Part shown: piece after piece, positions 21,083 through 32,054 of the stretch
Layout of the letters: each line of letters starts with the position of its first letter
How positions within the stretch are numbered: position 1 is the stretch's first letter
Source of the DNA: Trichomonas gallinae
Lineage: Eukaryota
Direction: 5' to 3'
NCBI GenBank assembly: GCA_008369845.1
Contig: MRSU01001426.1
Location: 1 to 48,980 of the forward strand
DNA length: 48,980 bases
Notes under the pieces: model-generated
Database searches by the model: none
The model's input: only the letters and a program-made list of their open reading frames with translations
What the model was told of the DNA's origin: nothing
Made by a program: the position numbers and the translations under genes

Positions 21083-22150
21083 AAGAATCATGATGATCGT
21101 TTAATTTTGTTGTTGTTTTGGGATCGTCCATTGATACTAGACATATTATATTCAATATCCTGATTTTTATCGAATTATCGTTTTTTATATAGAAATATTA
21201 CGAATAAACGAACAAAAATCGAAAAATATTTTTATGACAAAATATAAAATTGAGCCAAAAATAATCGTTTTTTGGAATTAAAAATAGTTATATTTTGTAT
21301 ATAAACATTGTAAATATATCGAAAAAAATCAAAAGTAAAATTTTGAAAAGATACAAAATTTGAATTAAAAATAATCGTTCCAGGTAATAAAGTTCCCTTA
21401 TTTTAATATAAGAAATGTTTTGTTATATTATTTCGATTCTTACACGCCCGTGGAATTTTACATTGTCACTTTTATCTGAAAATAACATCATTTTGAAAAG
21501 TAATGATTTTTTTCCACTTCTCTTTAAAAATAAATGGAACGATTGAAGAATTAGCCCCAATAAATTAATTCACATGGATTCTGCGCGATACTTATTTAAA
21601 CTCCCATTTCTACGATAAGATCATAATGTTTTGATCGCAATTCTTGAGTTCGGAATATTAAACTAGTTTAGAATTTTGATGTAAACTGTAATGCATGTGA
21701 AATATATCCTGGATATGATTTATATTATTCAGAGATATTATTTGTTATTCAAAATTGAAATATTGCTTTAGTTGCATATATTTTTCTGATAGTATAGATG
21801 CTAATAAATGTTTCTTATGCATATCAAAGAATTACTTTTTGATTTTTGAAATTGATATTTTATAAAACAAACCAAAATAACAAAAATTGATAAGTATGAT
21901 GTAGACATTATCGTATTAAAGCAATTCTATATGAAGATGGTTGAAATAATTTGAAAATTTATATTTATCAACTGATAGTTAACTTCTTGACAGTTAGAAA
22001 CAAGTATTGCATGATTGTATATTGAACATGAATAATTCGGATGCTTTTTAAATCTCTTATGAACTTAAAATATTTTTTTGTGGAATTTAAAGATTTCAAT
22101 TAATGAGACAAAAAACGTAGGAAGGCGAAATCTTTGAATTAATGAGGAGT

Positions 22151-22660
22151 TTATTTTGGTGGCTGTGGCTCAACTTTCCTCTTGCCAACATCTTCCCAGT
22201 TTGTTGAAAGAACTGTGCCGCCTGACTCTATAAAGCTCTTGTACATCGCTCTCTTAGCGTCATCGCCGGCATTTGCGTAAATTCCCTGAAGGAATTTATC
22301 AATACCTTGGTCTTTGACTTCTTCCTCTTCTGGGAAGTCAACTTGTGACCATTTCTTGTAGAGTGGCTCTGTGGCTTCGGCTGCTGCTTCAGCGTGTGGC
22401 CAATTTGCAACTGCTGTTTTTTCAAACGAGATTTCAATCTTCTTGGAACCATTATCGATTTTCATTGACTCTGGCTTAACATCGTTGAAGAAAGCCCATG
22501 CCTTAACATGTTCATTTCCATCGATTGAAACTTTGATGACGACTCCCTTAGGATCTGGGTGTGTTTCAATAATATCTACGTTCTTTCCACTCTTGTATAT
22601 TGTAACAGCGACATTCTTTGGTGTTTGATAAGTATCATTTCTCAAAGGAAATTCGGTCAT
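22151..22660 (-). CDS. SGT1: SGT1-like Hsp90 co-chaperone (CS + SGS domains, no TPR)
   Basis: CS: RNDTYQTPKNVAVTIY...KIEISFEK...W; SGS: FLQGIYANAGDDAKRAMYKSFIESGGTVLSTNWEDVGK; track start is TTG, first ATG is 22660. Confidence 0.92.
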   Translation of the reverse strand: MTEFPLRNDTYQTPKNVAVTIYKSGKNVDIIETHPDPKGVVIKVSIDGNEHVKAWAFFNDVKPESMKIDNGSKKIEISFEKTAVANWPHAEAAAEATEPLYKKWSQVDFPEEEEVKDQGIDKFLQGIYANAGDDAKRAMYKSFIESGGTVLSTNWEDVGKRKVEPQPPK

Positions 22661-22736
22661 ATTTTTGCCGACCAAGTTTTGTATTTAAAATAATCGACAC
22701 TCTGATATCTACTGGTTCAAATCCAGAAACATCGTC

Positions 22737-22761
22737 TTTTTTTTTTTTTTTTTTTTTTTTT
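22737..22761 (+). repeat. Poly(T)25 homopolymer
   Basis: 25 consecutive T, the longest homopolymer I saw in the window. Confidence 0.95.
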
Positions 22762-23104
22762 GAAACACTATGATTCCTAAATATCAATATGACAGTTAAC
22801 TATTCGATTGATTGATATGGATTCATTGATTTAAAGACTATTGATTAATTATAACATTGTTCATTCTAAAATCGCGAAATTGCAAAATCTTATTTTGTTC
22901 TTTACCGCATAAATTACATACAAGAAAATATAAGTATATCTCTAAATTAAGTTATATATTGCAATTTCATGAGATAAACATAGTTACAAGGAAATATAAA
23001 ACTCAGATTTTGATTAAAACCTATAGGATGTTATGAACCAAGTGAAATAAATGATACACACGAAAATGCAAGCATATAGTGCAATAATGCAACTCAAAAA
23101 TAAA

Positions 23105-23830
23105 TTATTGACTATATTGAGATAAAATATGCTCAGCTGTTATTTCATTAAATTCACAAGCAATAAATACATCATAAACTGTTTGTTCTATTCCATATTT
23201 TTTGAAAAGTCGAGTTATAGCTGCTTGTTCATTTATTGTTAGTTTTTCAAGCCATTTATGTGGGATTCTATTGATAACTTTATTAATTTGCTTTGACTTG
23301 CTATTATTCTCTGTTTTCAAGTCATCATCTAAAGAGTCTTCATCGATCAGTAAGGATGCTTCTGTAATGTTGTAGTTGGCAAGTCTGAGTGCTTTCAATG
23401 CAATATTATGGGAAACTCCAATAGCCATTACTTGTGAAATAAGCTTATCGATGTTATTTGGATCAATAATTGATGAATCTTCGTATTTATCTTTATGAAG
23501 ATGCGTATATGTATTATTATATGTAGATGTTGTTTTTGGTGGTAATAAAACTCTTGATAAATCGTTTTGCCTTTCGATATTTTTTGAAGCTTCAATTTCG
23601 ACTGCAATTGAAGAAAAATCCATTGTGAGCACAGATCCATCGCATAATTCTAGATCATTTATTCGTTTTGTAGATGGAACATTGAAAAAATCTTGATAAT
23701 TTACTAAATATGATTCTTTTTTGATGTGATATTCTCTCAGAAGAATATCTTTAATGTCATCAATAGTTTCATATCCTAAAACTTCAATCATATACTCAAG
23801 ATTTTGAGATGAACGCAAGATAATAATCAT
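23105..23830 (-). CDS. UBL-UBA-UBA (Rad23-like) ubiquitin shuttle protein
   Basis: N-terminal ubiquitin-like IEVLGYETIDDIKDIL...LELCDGSVL; UBA ISQVMAIGVSHNIALKALRLANYNITEASLLI; Rad23-type C-terminal UBA LTINEQAAITRL...VFIACEFNEITAEHIL. Confidence 0.82.
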   Translation of the reverse strand: MIIILRSSQNLEYMIEVLGYETIDDIKDILLREYHIKKESYLVNYQDFFNVPSTKRINDLELCDGSVLTMDFSSIAVEIEASKNIERQNDLSRVLLPPKTTSTYNNTYTHLHKDKYEDSSIIDPNNIDKLISQVMAIGVSHNIALKALRLANYNITEASLLIDEDSLDDDLKTENNSKSKQINKVINRIPHKWLEKLTINEQAAITRLFKKYGIEQTVYDVFIACEFNEITAEHILSQYSQ

Positions 23831-25020
23831 CAGAAAAATTTTGACAAGAAAAAAATATGATTTTTATAGGTTTCATAATGGAAAATCAGATTTTTAAATC
23901 GATAATTGCACCCATCCGTATTTTATCTATTAGATAATATATTTGTTTTTATTAATATCATTAAAATTATCATAAAATCAAGATTTTCTTATAATTTTCT
24001 CTTTTTTACAATTTTTATAATATTAATTCGATGAAAAAAATTTATTTTAAAAACAAGCACTATGTCTATCATAGAAGCAGAATTTTAACTTTGAGATCAT
24101 GAAAATGAAAAATTGATGGAAATATCAATATTAATTGAATTATTATTTATTACTCATCTTCATGGACGTGCATATATTCTAATACTAACATTTAAGTTTG
24201 CAGTATGCTTTCAATAAATCGATCGAAATGATTTTTTGGAGAATAGTTCGAATGAAATATGCCTATTAGTCATTTAGAAACTCATTAATATTCTAATTAC
24301 ATCAAGGAAAAATTACAACCTTATCTGATTTGAGATACAACAATGATTATGTGAGTTCCATCAATATGAGAGCCTCATAAAGTATACATGAAATTAATAT
24401 AACTTGCTGTTGTTTTTTTCCCATCATTCCTTCGGATATTGCAAAAGTTTATTACAAAAAATAGTTTTATAAAGAGAGTGTAACCATCTAAATATGGGTA
24501 TCAATTCGGTAAAGCAGAATTTTTTTTGCTTTGCTGCAGAAGATTTTATATTACTGCGTCCGATAAAAACGGTTCATTAGAAAAAATTGACGATACTTTT
24601 GAGGGAACTCATTTTTCAAGCCCATATTAAAATATAAAACATTTTTAAACAACTCTTTGTGTAAGAAGAACGTTATTTTAATTTTAGGAGTTATATTATA
24701 TCCACACCAATCTATTTGTTGCAACAGAAATAATTCGCAGAAATTTTCAGAAAATTTCAGAAATTTACAGGAAAACTGGATATATTTACCAGAATCTCAT
24801 ATAGATTAATAATATTTTGTAAAAAATTTACCGTTTTAAATTATCAAAGAATTGTTGAAATCATGCAATATAATTTATGATAATATCATTGCTAAACTCA
24901 TTTGAATTTTTTTAAATAGCAAACCGTTTTTACTCTCAAAACAGAAAATTTTCGAATCATGTCATTAAAATAATATAATATCGTATATTTTTAATTAATT
25001 ATTAAAAAACGAACTTTTAA

Positions 25021-25029
25021 AAAAGTGAC
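25021..25029 (+). promoter_or_regulatory. AAAAGTGAC core-promoter motif
   Basis: Starts 32 nt before ATG 25053; the same 9-mer lies near the starts at 15913, 18323 and 36288. Confidence 0.55.
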
Positions 25030-25052
25030 GATTTTTCAAAAAAATTTAAAAT

Positions 25053-28000
25053 ATGGCGGAGAGATCTCAGAACCAAGGTTCACAGCTAAGTGGACTTTCG
25101 AGATCATCTATCAAGAGCTCTATCTTCGCCGCAGAGCTTGCCGCAAACGGACAAGTTTCAGCCTCGAATTTTAAGTTTTTTGAAAACTTTTTCTATCCAC
25201 TTATTGCTGAAACCAACAGAACTGTGCCGGATAGCGTTTTACTGAACTTCCTAATATCTGGTTTATGCATTTTCCAGATGTTTTTCGGCGCATTCTTCGA
25301 TTACTTACACGCGGGTGGAATTTATGCAATTGATATATGCAACAAAATCGCATTTTGTGGTATCTCAGGTGCCCCAGATGAATATGTCATACCTTATATC
25401 GTTCTTGGTGTCTTTGATATCCTTTTAGCAATCGTATTTTTAGCAATGTACGGTTTATTCAGAATATCTTTCGAGTTTAACAAATTCAGCTTAGTGACAT
25501 TGAAATACGTATACGGTCAATTTACTCTATATCTAATCGTTGTACACCCATGTTATTTACTCGCAACATTATCTGATCTTGCTAAGACAGCAACACTAAT
25601 GCACACATTCTACTTCGCCCTTGCGCTCGTTAGCAATATAATTTTCTTCACAATTATTGAATTTATTTCAATACCTTTATTATCCTCTCCATTTGTTTCC
25701 CAGAGCAATATTTTCTTATGGAACCCACAGAGAATGTGCCGAATTCTTTATGCCGTTGGTCTTGGCTTTGGTACTGGTCAATACTGGAAATTCTTCCTGC
25801 CATGGCACAGAATTCTTCCACACGTTCTTCTGCTAGGAGGTCTCATTCTCATGTTCATGTATGGATGGAGTCTTCAGTTGAAGGATTTATTATTTTCATC
25901 AATGTTCTGTGCATATGCCATTGCTGTTTCATCAGCCAGTATCATCTCCACATTCCGTATCTGGTTTAACCTTCCAGCTTACGTCATCTATGGTGTTCCA
26001 GCAGGTTTGTATTTCTTATTTATCGCCATCTTCTTCCCAATCCTTTACGCCAGGAGGAAACGTGTCCTTTATGAATTGTCATACGAACCATTCGAAGACA
26101 ATGAGAAAATAACTGATCAAGAAAAATATGAATATTTTGATACTCTCAAAATCAACTCATTCAACAAGGCATTCAAATATCTTGCCATTGGCCTTATGCA
26201 TGGCTCACCATTATTCTTGGATTTCTCAATCATCAAATATTTGCTTGAAAGATTCCCAGAAGACAATGATCTCTTGATCGTTATGATGTGGTTCGTCTCA
26301 TTCTTCCCCAATGAGCAGCTTGTTATGCACAACTTAGTCACAAGAGTAAATAAGATGATCGACCCAACTCATTTGCAGAAATTGATGCGTTTCCAGCTTC
26401 ACCGTGTCCACGTCTTCCGCCAGTCATCAGCTTCCCGCGAAGCAAACGCTGACCTTTCGCGTGTCAGAACAATTACAGATGCATTAATCACAGAACACAC
26501 TCGCTTCTGGTTCAACGCGTCACGCCCTCACAACGAAATCAAGCACGACTTCTACAAGCGCGCCATGGCCATCCGCCAGAAGGCAGACGCTTCTTGGTCA
26601 GAAGTTATCGACAAGTATCCAAATAACGCAAGATTCGCAACGGAATATTCCCGCTTCCTCATAGAAGGTACTTGCCAGTTCAAAGAGGGCTTACATTGGT
26701 ACCATAAAGCGCTGATGATCGAAAGCGGAAAGCTTAAGGAGTCTGACCAGCTTTTCAAGACATTCATCAGATGCTTCCCGTTCTATCTCAAGAAGGGCCT
26801 CGTTGGCATCCACGGCGATATCCACATGGACAGAGTCATCAACAGATTCCAGAAAGGCCACAGCATGGAAGAGTCGACAGCTTCAGCTTCTGTCTCATCC
26901 ACGTCCAGATCTACTGGCGCGTCAACAGCGAACACATCTAACGATGACAGCGACTCGACGGTTATAGATCTGCAGGAAGGTGAGAAAGCTTTGCCACGCG
27001 TACAACTTAGACTAGCATTCGAACAAGCCGTTAGATCTATCAAATCATCCGCTGTCACGAAAACAATTGTCACATCAGCACTAAGATTGATTTTCTCAAT
27101 AGTTTACATCATTATTTTCCTCGTTTTAGTTCTTCCCCTCTTCGACGAAGACATTGCAGTCACAAACCATTTGTACAGCCTCAATAAATTCCAGAGTGTT
27201 TCCACAATGATCGGCGAACAGATCTACTGGTACGTCGCAAGTTCTCTTAAAGCATTCAACGAGACAAGAATCGAAGAGTTTTTAGGCCCGAACATGACGA
27301 AGTTGAATTATTACACAAATGTTACTATAGGCAATTTGAACTATACTTTATCCAATCTCACATATATCGCCAACAATTATCTTGATGAGTTCTCAAAGGG
27401 TTTATATCTTTCTGATATTCCAACGACTAAAGAACAAGAGCTCGCAGAATTACTGACAGCAGTTCCTTTAATGGAATCCACATGCACTTTACATCCAGTA
27501 TATGGTTATATTCCTAATAACACAGCAGTAACAAACTTATCAATTGACTCAGTCATGAGATTGTTCATGATCAGATCTGGTGCAATTTCTGCTTTGACAA
27601 AAGGTTTGTCGCCATCAGCGGCAGCCAAAGCCATATTAGAATCCAGAGAATTCTGCGAGATGTTCAACTATTATATCATTCTTGTCAACGGATATCATAA
27701 TATCATGAGAAACATCTCATCTACTTATGCCGAACTTGAAGATTTGACATTGAACATATCAAAAGAAAACTACTACTATGTCAAATGGCAAGGATACACA
27801 TATGACTACATCGAAAAGGCCGCCGAAAATAAAATGCCAGAAGAGCCAGAGAAAACCGAATCAGACGAAGATGAAGAGGAGGAAGATGATACAACAGACA
27901 CAGTCAGCTCAACAACAAACTTCTTCATCGCATTTACGCCATTCGCTGTTTTGCTGTTCACAATGCCAACAATCGTTTATTTGAGCGCCGCCTTAACATC

Positions 28001-30062
28001 TGAACTCAAGGCTATGACAAACATGATGCTGACAATGCCGCAGGAGGCTTGTGAGGAGGCCGCACAGAGAATACAGCGCTCTGTCGTTGGCAACCAGTCT
28101 TCGAAGAAGAAGAGTGCAAGCTCTGCAGTCGCAGCAAACTCTGGTTTCAGTATTCCTCCATACGTCATCAATATCATCAACGCTCTCATCTTCATTGCTT
28201 TGGTCATCTTTGTTTCTATCGAAGCTCAGGTACTGAACAAGAAGGCAAAGAACTACATCAACCAGATCAACCTCTTCATGCAGCTCAGAAACACAATGGT
28301 TTCACTCGCTGTCCTCGAAGAATTCTATTCATTCTCACAGATGTATCAAGCGAAGAAACTTCCATTTACTAACGAAACATTCCCGAAGGCACCGTTTTTG
28401 AATGCTTCAGCACAATTGCCTTTTTTGCTAGGCTTCTATAACAGAATTAATCTCATTAGAGAGTTCATTGATTTAGGTGATGACACATATGAGTCTGGTC
28501 TTGGTTTCTCGCCAGAAATCGACACCGCGAGATTTGATCCTGAGTGTACATTCGAGCCTGGCACTAAGTGGTCCATCAACTACTACAAGTGCCTATCATT
28601 CGACAGACTGATGATGTATTACATTGGTATTCACGATGAAATCTATTACAGCTCTCTCGAAGTAAACTCAAGTGCTCCATACCAATTTGACTCTGAGTTA
28701 ATGTACAGGTTTGGCAATATATTGAACGGCAGATTGCTCCCAGAGTTCGATAGCTTCATCGAGAAATACTTCCAGTCGTTCGACAACAACATCAAGACAT
28801 TCAAGATGGTCGTTTACATTGTTTTCGTCATCTGCATCTTGTTCGCTATTATTGCATTCTTCATTGAAATCGCGACTGTCTCCCATATCAGAGAGATTTA
28901 CAACGCATACAACTCAATCATTCTGAGATTGAATCCAATACATTTCGTACAGAACCAGAACGCTACAGCATTCTTGATCAACAAGGACCAGGCATCCAAT
29001 CAGATTTCATCTGCAGCTCACGCAGTCTTCCACACATCACCAGACGCCATGCTTTTGATCAACACGGACTGCATCATCGAGAAACTTAATCCAGCTGCGA
29101 CAACAATTTTCCACTTCACCCCAGAACAGCTGCTCGGTCAGAACTGCCAGATGGTCTTGCCAAGCTCGCAGAAGAACCAGCAGTTCTACTACACTCTGCA
29201 GCTGATGCAGTCAGGCCAGTGCGGCTTAGTCTTCGAGAGCCAGCTCGAAGGTGTCAGAGATGATGGTGTCAAGGTTCCACTCAAAGCCACTTTGCTCGGT
29301 TTCTCTTCCAACCACAGAAACGCTGAGTTTTTCGCTGTCATGTGCAAGGATCAGACAGAAGAAATGCGTCAGAAGGAGGCCGTCGAGGTCGCAAAGAAGA
29401 AGTCAGATGATCTGCTTTTGAAGATTCTTCCACCAGATATCATCAGAAGAATCAACAAAGGTGAAAAAGATATCACAATGGTCGTCCCATCAGCTTCTGT
29501 TATCTTCATTGATATTTGCCAGTTCTCAACATATATGGCTACTCTTTCAGCACAACAATGTATGTCTAACCTCAATGCTGTCTTCACTGCATACGATAAG
29601 ATCCTCGCTGACTTGCCGCTCATTACAAAGATCAAACTTATCGGTGATGACTATATGGCCGCCGCAGGTTTGTTCTCTCCTGATGAGCCACCGAAGTCGC
29701 ACGCAATTCAGACCATCACATTCGGCTTGAGAGTCCTCGACGCGATCGAAGACCTCAACGAGCAGTTGAACGCTTCACTTATGGTTAGAATTGGTGTCAA
29801 CTCCGGCGGTCCTATCATTGCTGGTGTTCTTGGTACAGATAAGCCTCTTTTCGATATCATCGGTGATACAATCAACGTCGCCGCTAGACTTCAGTCAACA
29901 GATATCCCAGGAAATGTACAGATCTCTAAGGGAACATACGAGATCGTCGCCGGCGAAGGAAAATTCCACATCGAGGAGAGAGGTGAGATCTTCCTCAAGG
30001 GTAAAGGTAACCAGATGACATACTTAGTTTCCCCAGCTGAGAACCAGTTCGTTGTAAATTGA
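25053..30062 (+). CDS. Transmembrane class III adenylyl cyclase with PAS domain
   Basis: Multiple TM clusters; PAS PDAMLLINTDCIIEKLNPAATTIFHFTPEQLLGQ; cyclase FIDICQFS, KIKLIGDDYMAAAGL, RIGVNSG, FDIIGDTINVAARLQS with both metal Asp, the Asn/Arg pair and ATP-specifying Lys/Asp. Confidence 0.95.
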   Translation: MAERSQNQGSQLSGLSRSSIKSSIFAAELAANGQVSASNFKFFENFFYPLIAETNRTVPDSVLLNFLISGLCIFQMFFGAFFDYLHAGGIYAIDICNKIAFCGISGAPDEYVIPYIVLGVFDILLAIVFLAMYGLFRISFEFNKFSLVTLKYVYGQFTLYLIVVHPCYLLATLSDLAKTATLMHTFYFALALVSNIIFFTIIEFISIPLLSSPFVSQSNIFLWNPQRMCRILYAVGLGFGTGQYWKFFLPWHRILPHVLLLGGLILMFMYGWSLQLKDLLFSSMFCAYAIAVSSASIISTFRIWFNLPAYVIYGVPAGLYFLFIAIFFPILYARRKRVLYELSYEPFEDNEKITDQEKYEYFDTLKINSFNKAFKYLAIGLMHGSPLFLDFSIIKYLLERFPEDNDLLIVMMWFVSFFPNEQLVMHNLVTRVNKMIDPTHLQKLMRFQLHRVHVFRQSSASREANADLSRVRTITDALITEHTRFWFNASRPHNEIKHDFYKRAMAIRQKADASWSEVIDKYPNNARFATEYSRFLIEGTCQFKEGLHWYHKALMIESGKLKESDQLFKTFIRCFPFYLKKGLVGIHGDIHMDRVINRFQKGHSMEESTASASVSSTSRSTGASTANTSNDDSDSTVIDLQEGEKALPRVQLRLAFEQAVRSIKSSAVTKTIVTSALRLIFSIVYIIIFLVLVLPLFDEDIAVTNHLYSLNKFQSVSTMIGEQIYWYVASSLKAFNETRIEEFLGPNMTKLNYYTNVTIGNLNYTLSNLTYIANNYLDEFSKGLYLSDIPTTKEQELAELLTAVPLMESTCTLHPVYGYIPNNTAVTNLSIDSVMRLFMIRSGAISALTKGLSPSAAAKAILESREFCEMFNYYIILVNGYHNIMRNISSTYAELEDLTLNISKENYYYVKWQGYTYDYIEKAAENKMPEEPEKTESDEDEEEEDDTTDTVSSTTNFFIAFTPFAVLLFTMPTIVYLSAALTSELKAMTNMMLTMPQEACEEAAQRIQRSVVGNQSSKKKSASSAVAANSGFSIPPYVINIINALIFIALVIFVSIEAQVLNKKAKNYINQINLFMQLRNTMVSLAVLEEFYSFSQMYQAKKLPFTNETFPKAPFLNASAQLPFLLGFYNRINLIREFIDLGDDTYESGLGFSPEIDTARFDPECTFEPGTKWSINYYKCLSFDRLMMYYIGIHDEIYYSSLEVNSSAPYQFDSELMYRFGNILNGRLLPEFDSFIEKYFQSFDNNIKTFKMVVYIVFVICILFAIIAFFIEIATVSHIREIYNAYNSIILRLNPIHFVQNQNATAFLINKDQASNQISSAAHAVFHTSPDAMLLINTDCIIEKLNPAATTIFHFTPEQLLGQNCQMVLPSSQKNQQFYYTLQLMQSGQCGLVFESQLEGVRDDGVKVPLKATLLGFSSNHRNAEFFAVMCKDQTEEMRQKEAVEVAKKKSDDLLLKILPPDIIRRINKGEKDITMVVPSASVIFIDICQFSTYMATLSAQQCMSNLNAVFTAYDKILADLPLITKIKLIGDDYMAAAGLFSPDEPPKSHAIQTITFGLRVLDAIEDLNEQLNASLMVRIGVNSGGPIIAGVLGTDKPLFDIIGDTINVAARLQSTDIPGNVQISKGTYEIVAGEGKFHIEERGEIFLKGKGNQMTYLVSPAENQFVVN

Positions 30063-30455
30063 TTTATTTAAATATGAAATAAAAATATATCCATTCATGA
30101 ATTTTTTTTAATCGAATCATTTTTTTTTTACCAACAAAATCTTTTCTCTTATCCATTAGAAATGATTCTTTCAACCCAGAAACAAATAAATTACCATGAA
30201 TACAATATTATATCTTCATTTTGACGCAAAAAAATGTCATCACAAATGATCACTTATTGAAGCATCAATTAATGCTATATTCATATTTTTTAATTGATTT
30301 TTTAAAAAATGAGACTAATTACTTCATGATGATCTAGTTATGATGCTTAAATTAAGATTGTAAATTCTCATTATAATATGAATTGACATGAATGACATGA
30401 AACATCAGATTATAGCCACAAAAAAAAATTTTTTTATATCAAAACAAAACAAAAT

Positions 30456-31916
30456 CTACATATTGTTATAATGAGATACAATTTTGGAATATATGTGTGT
30501 TGAATATAATCCTAGAGATATGATGATTGTTAAGATGATATTCAAGACTGTTCGCGCTTTTTCGATGCCGCAGAAAAGTTTCTTGATTCGCCGCTCGATG
30601 TATTGATATGTTGTCAGCACCATTGGCGGCAGAACGACTGATATGAGTGCAGCAATGCGTGGAAGTTCACTTTCTCCTTGTGTGAAGAACAAACAGAACA
30701 AAATCGGCAAAATTGTCGAAATTAATTTTTTCTTCGCAGTTTTCGAGTTTTCTGCGAAATAAACAGGAATAGAAAATATGCAGATAGGACCAAGAATGTT
30801 GATATATGGGATAAACAAGATCGTTTGCGAGATTCCATAAATATTCCATAATGGTCGAAATGTTAATGATGTCTTAAACAGTCTTATAATTGGAACAATC
30901 GCAGGAACAATGAACAGCTTGTATTGTGGTGCAGTTAAAAGCGATAAAAAGAAGCAGAATGAAATTAATGAATTTGGAATCATAATTCCTACTAATATTG
31001 CTATGTAAATGATTTCAACCATCGAAAAATCAGTCAAAAAGCCAAATGACAACCCAAACATTGCCATTGGAATAGAAATAGAAATTTCGCTTGATAATGA
31101 GCTCAAAAATGGAATTAATGGTGGCGATAAACATCCAATATTGCTTCCTATAGATTTTCGAAGATTTGCTGAGTCTTTAGTTATGAGTTGCAGTATAAAA
31201 TACCATGATGAATTAAATAAAAAATATAATGAACTGATAATTTGATAATTGGACACAGAGACATACATATATATGCCAACAACAGTTGATATTATGTTCA
31301 TATATGAAATTAAAAGCGTTGCTGATGAATATGATAATCCAAAATAACAAAAAAGTGCTGGATACATCAAAGCAGATACAGAACTAGTATAATAAAGGCT
31401 TGAGTTCGTAGGATCAGTTAAATATACAAAACTTTTCCTTTTTCTGTTGCATCCTTCTAAAATCGATGTAATTAACGAATAATCAGTCGAAAATGATAAA
31501 AATTTGTTCGAATTTATGCTATTTGTGCTGTTTGGAAGTATTTTAGTTGAATAAATTAAAAATATTACCGAAGAAAAGAAGATAAGGAAGTGTAAAGATG
31601 GAAATCTTTCTACTGGGAATGCAATAACATTTCTATTTTGTCCTACTAAGGCTTTATGCGTTTTTTTGCGTAAAATAAATGAAATAATTAGTTGAATAAT
31701 CATTATAATCAATAATAATTGCCAGCAAATTGGAACAAAGTATGTAGCGATGTAAACTACAAAACTTGTTAGGTTATTACCGATTAACCAGCTTAATGTT
31801 ATTGTAATATAAAAGCTAAAACTCGATTTTTTCGTGAAGCATATAATCCAGTAGCCCAGATATAAAGTTGTAGATAGAAAAACGAGGCTACTTAAAAGAC
31901 CAAGAATGTTTGATAT
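30456..31916 (-). CDS. Polytopic membrane protein, possibly degenerate GT-C-fold glycosyltransferase-like; start codon uncertain
   Basis: More than 10 hydrophobic segments with one larger loop (SLITSILEGCNRKR); the frame stays open to 31943 with two more TM-like segments; first ATG is 31703, candidate ATA start is 31916. Confidence 0.6.
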   Translation of the reverse strand: MSNILGLLSSLVFLSTTLYLGYWIICFTKKSSFSFYITITLSWLIGNNLTSFVVYIATYFVPICWQLLLIIMIIQLIISFILRKKTHKALVGQNRNVIAFPVERFPSLHFLIFFSSVIFLIYSTKILPNSTNSINSNKFLSFSTDYSLITSILEGCNRKRKSFVYLTDPTNSSLYYTSSVSALMYPALFCYFGLSYSSATLLISYMNIISTVVGIYMYVSVSNYQIISSLYFLFNSSWYFILQLITKDSANLRKSIGSNIGCLSPPLIPFLSSLSSEISISIPMAMFGLSFGFLTDFSMVEIIYIAILVGIMIPNSLISFCFFLSLLTAPQYKLFIVPAIVPIIRLFKTSLTFRPLWNIYGISQTILFIPYINILGPICIFSIPVYFAENSKTAKKKLISTILPILFCLFFTQGESELPRIAALISVVLPPMVLTTYQYIERRIKKLFCGIEKARTVLNIILTIIISLGLYSTHIYSKIVSHYNNM

Positions 31917-32054
31917 GGAAAAAAACGAGAAAAATGAAAATTTTTACTTTAAGTTTAAACTATATTGTTTACTCTCGTCTGTATTAATCGAAGATTAAAA
32001 GATATCTATTTATTAACAAGAAATTTTGTACAAAAATAAAAATAAAGAGTAAAA

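Noticed and set aside
21170..21400. Weak ~110-bp periodicity (AAAAATAATCGTT twice), and repeated GAGAAATGATTTT near 32562 and 33117
   Set aside because: Short matches in extremely AT-rich DNA; not distinguishable from chance by eye
22662..22736. Functional tRNA gene
   Set aside because: Only the T arm is convincing; acceptor, D and anticodon stems do not pair. Kept only as a tRNA-like finding
24168..24196. GT...ACTAAC...AG resembling a short trichomonad intron
   Set aside because: Intergenic, does not match the ACTAACACACAG consensus and joins no credible exons
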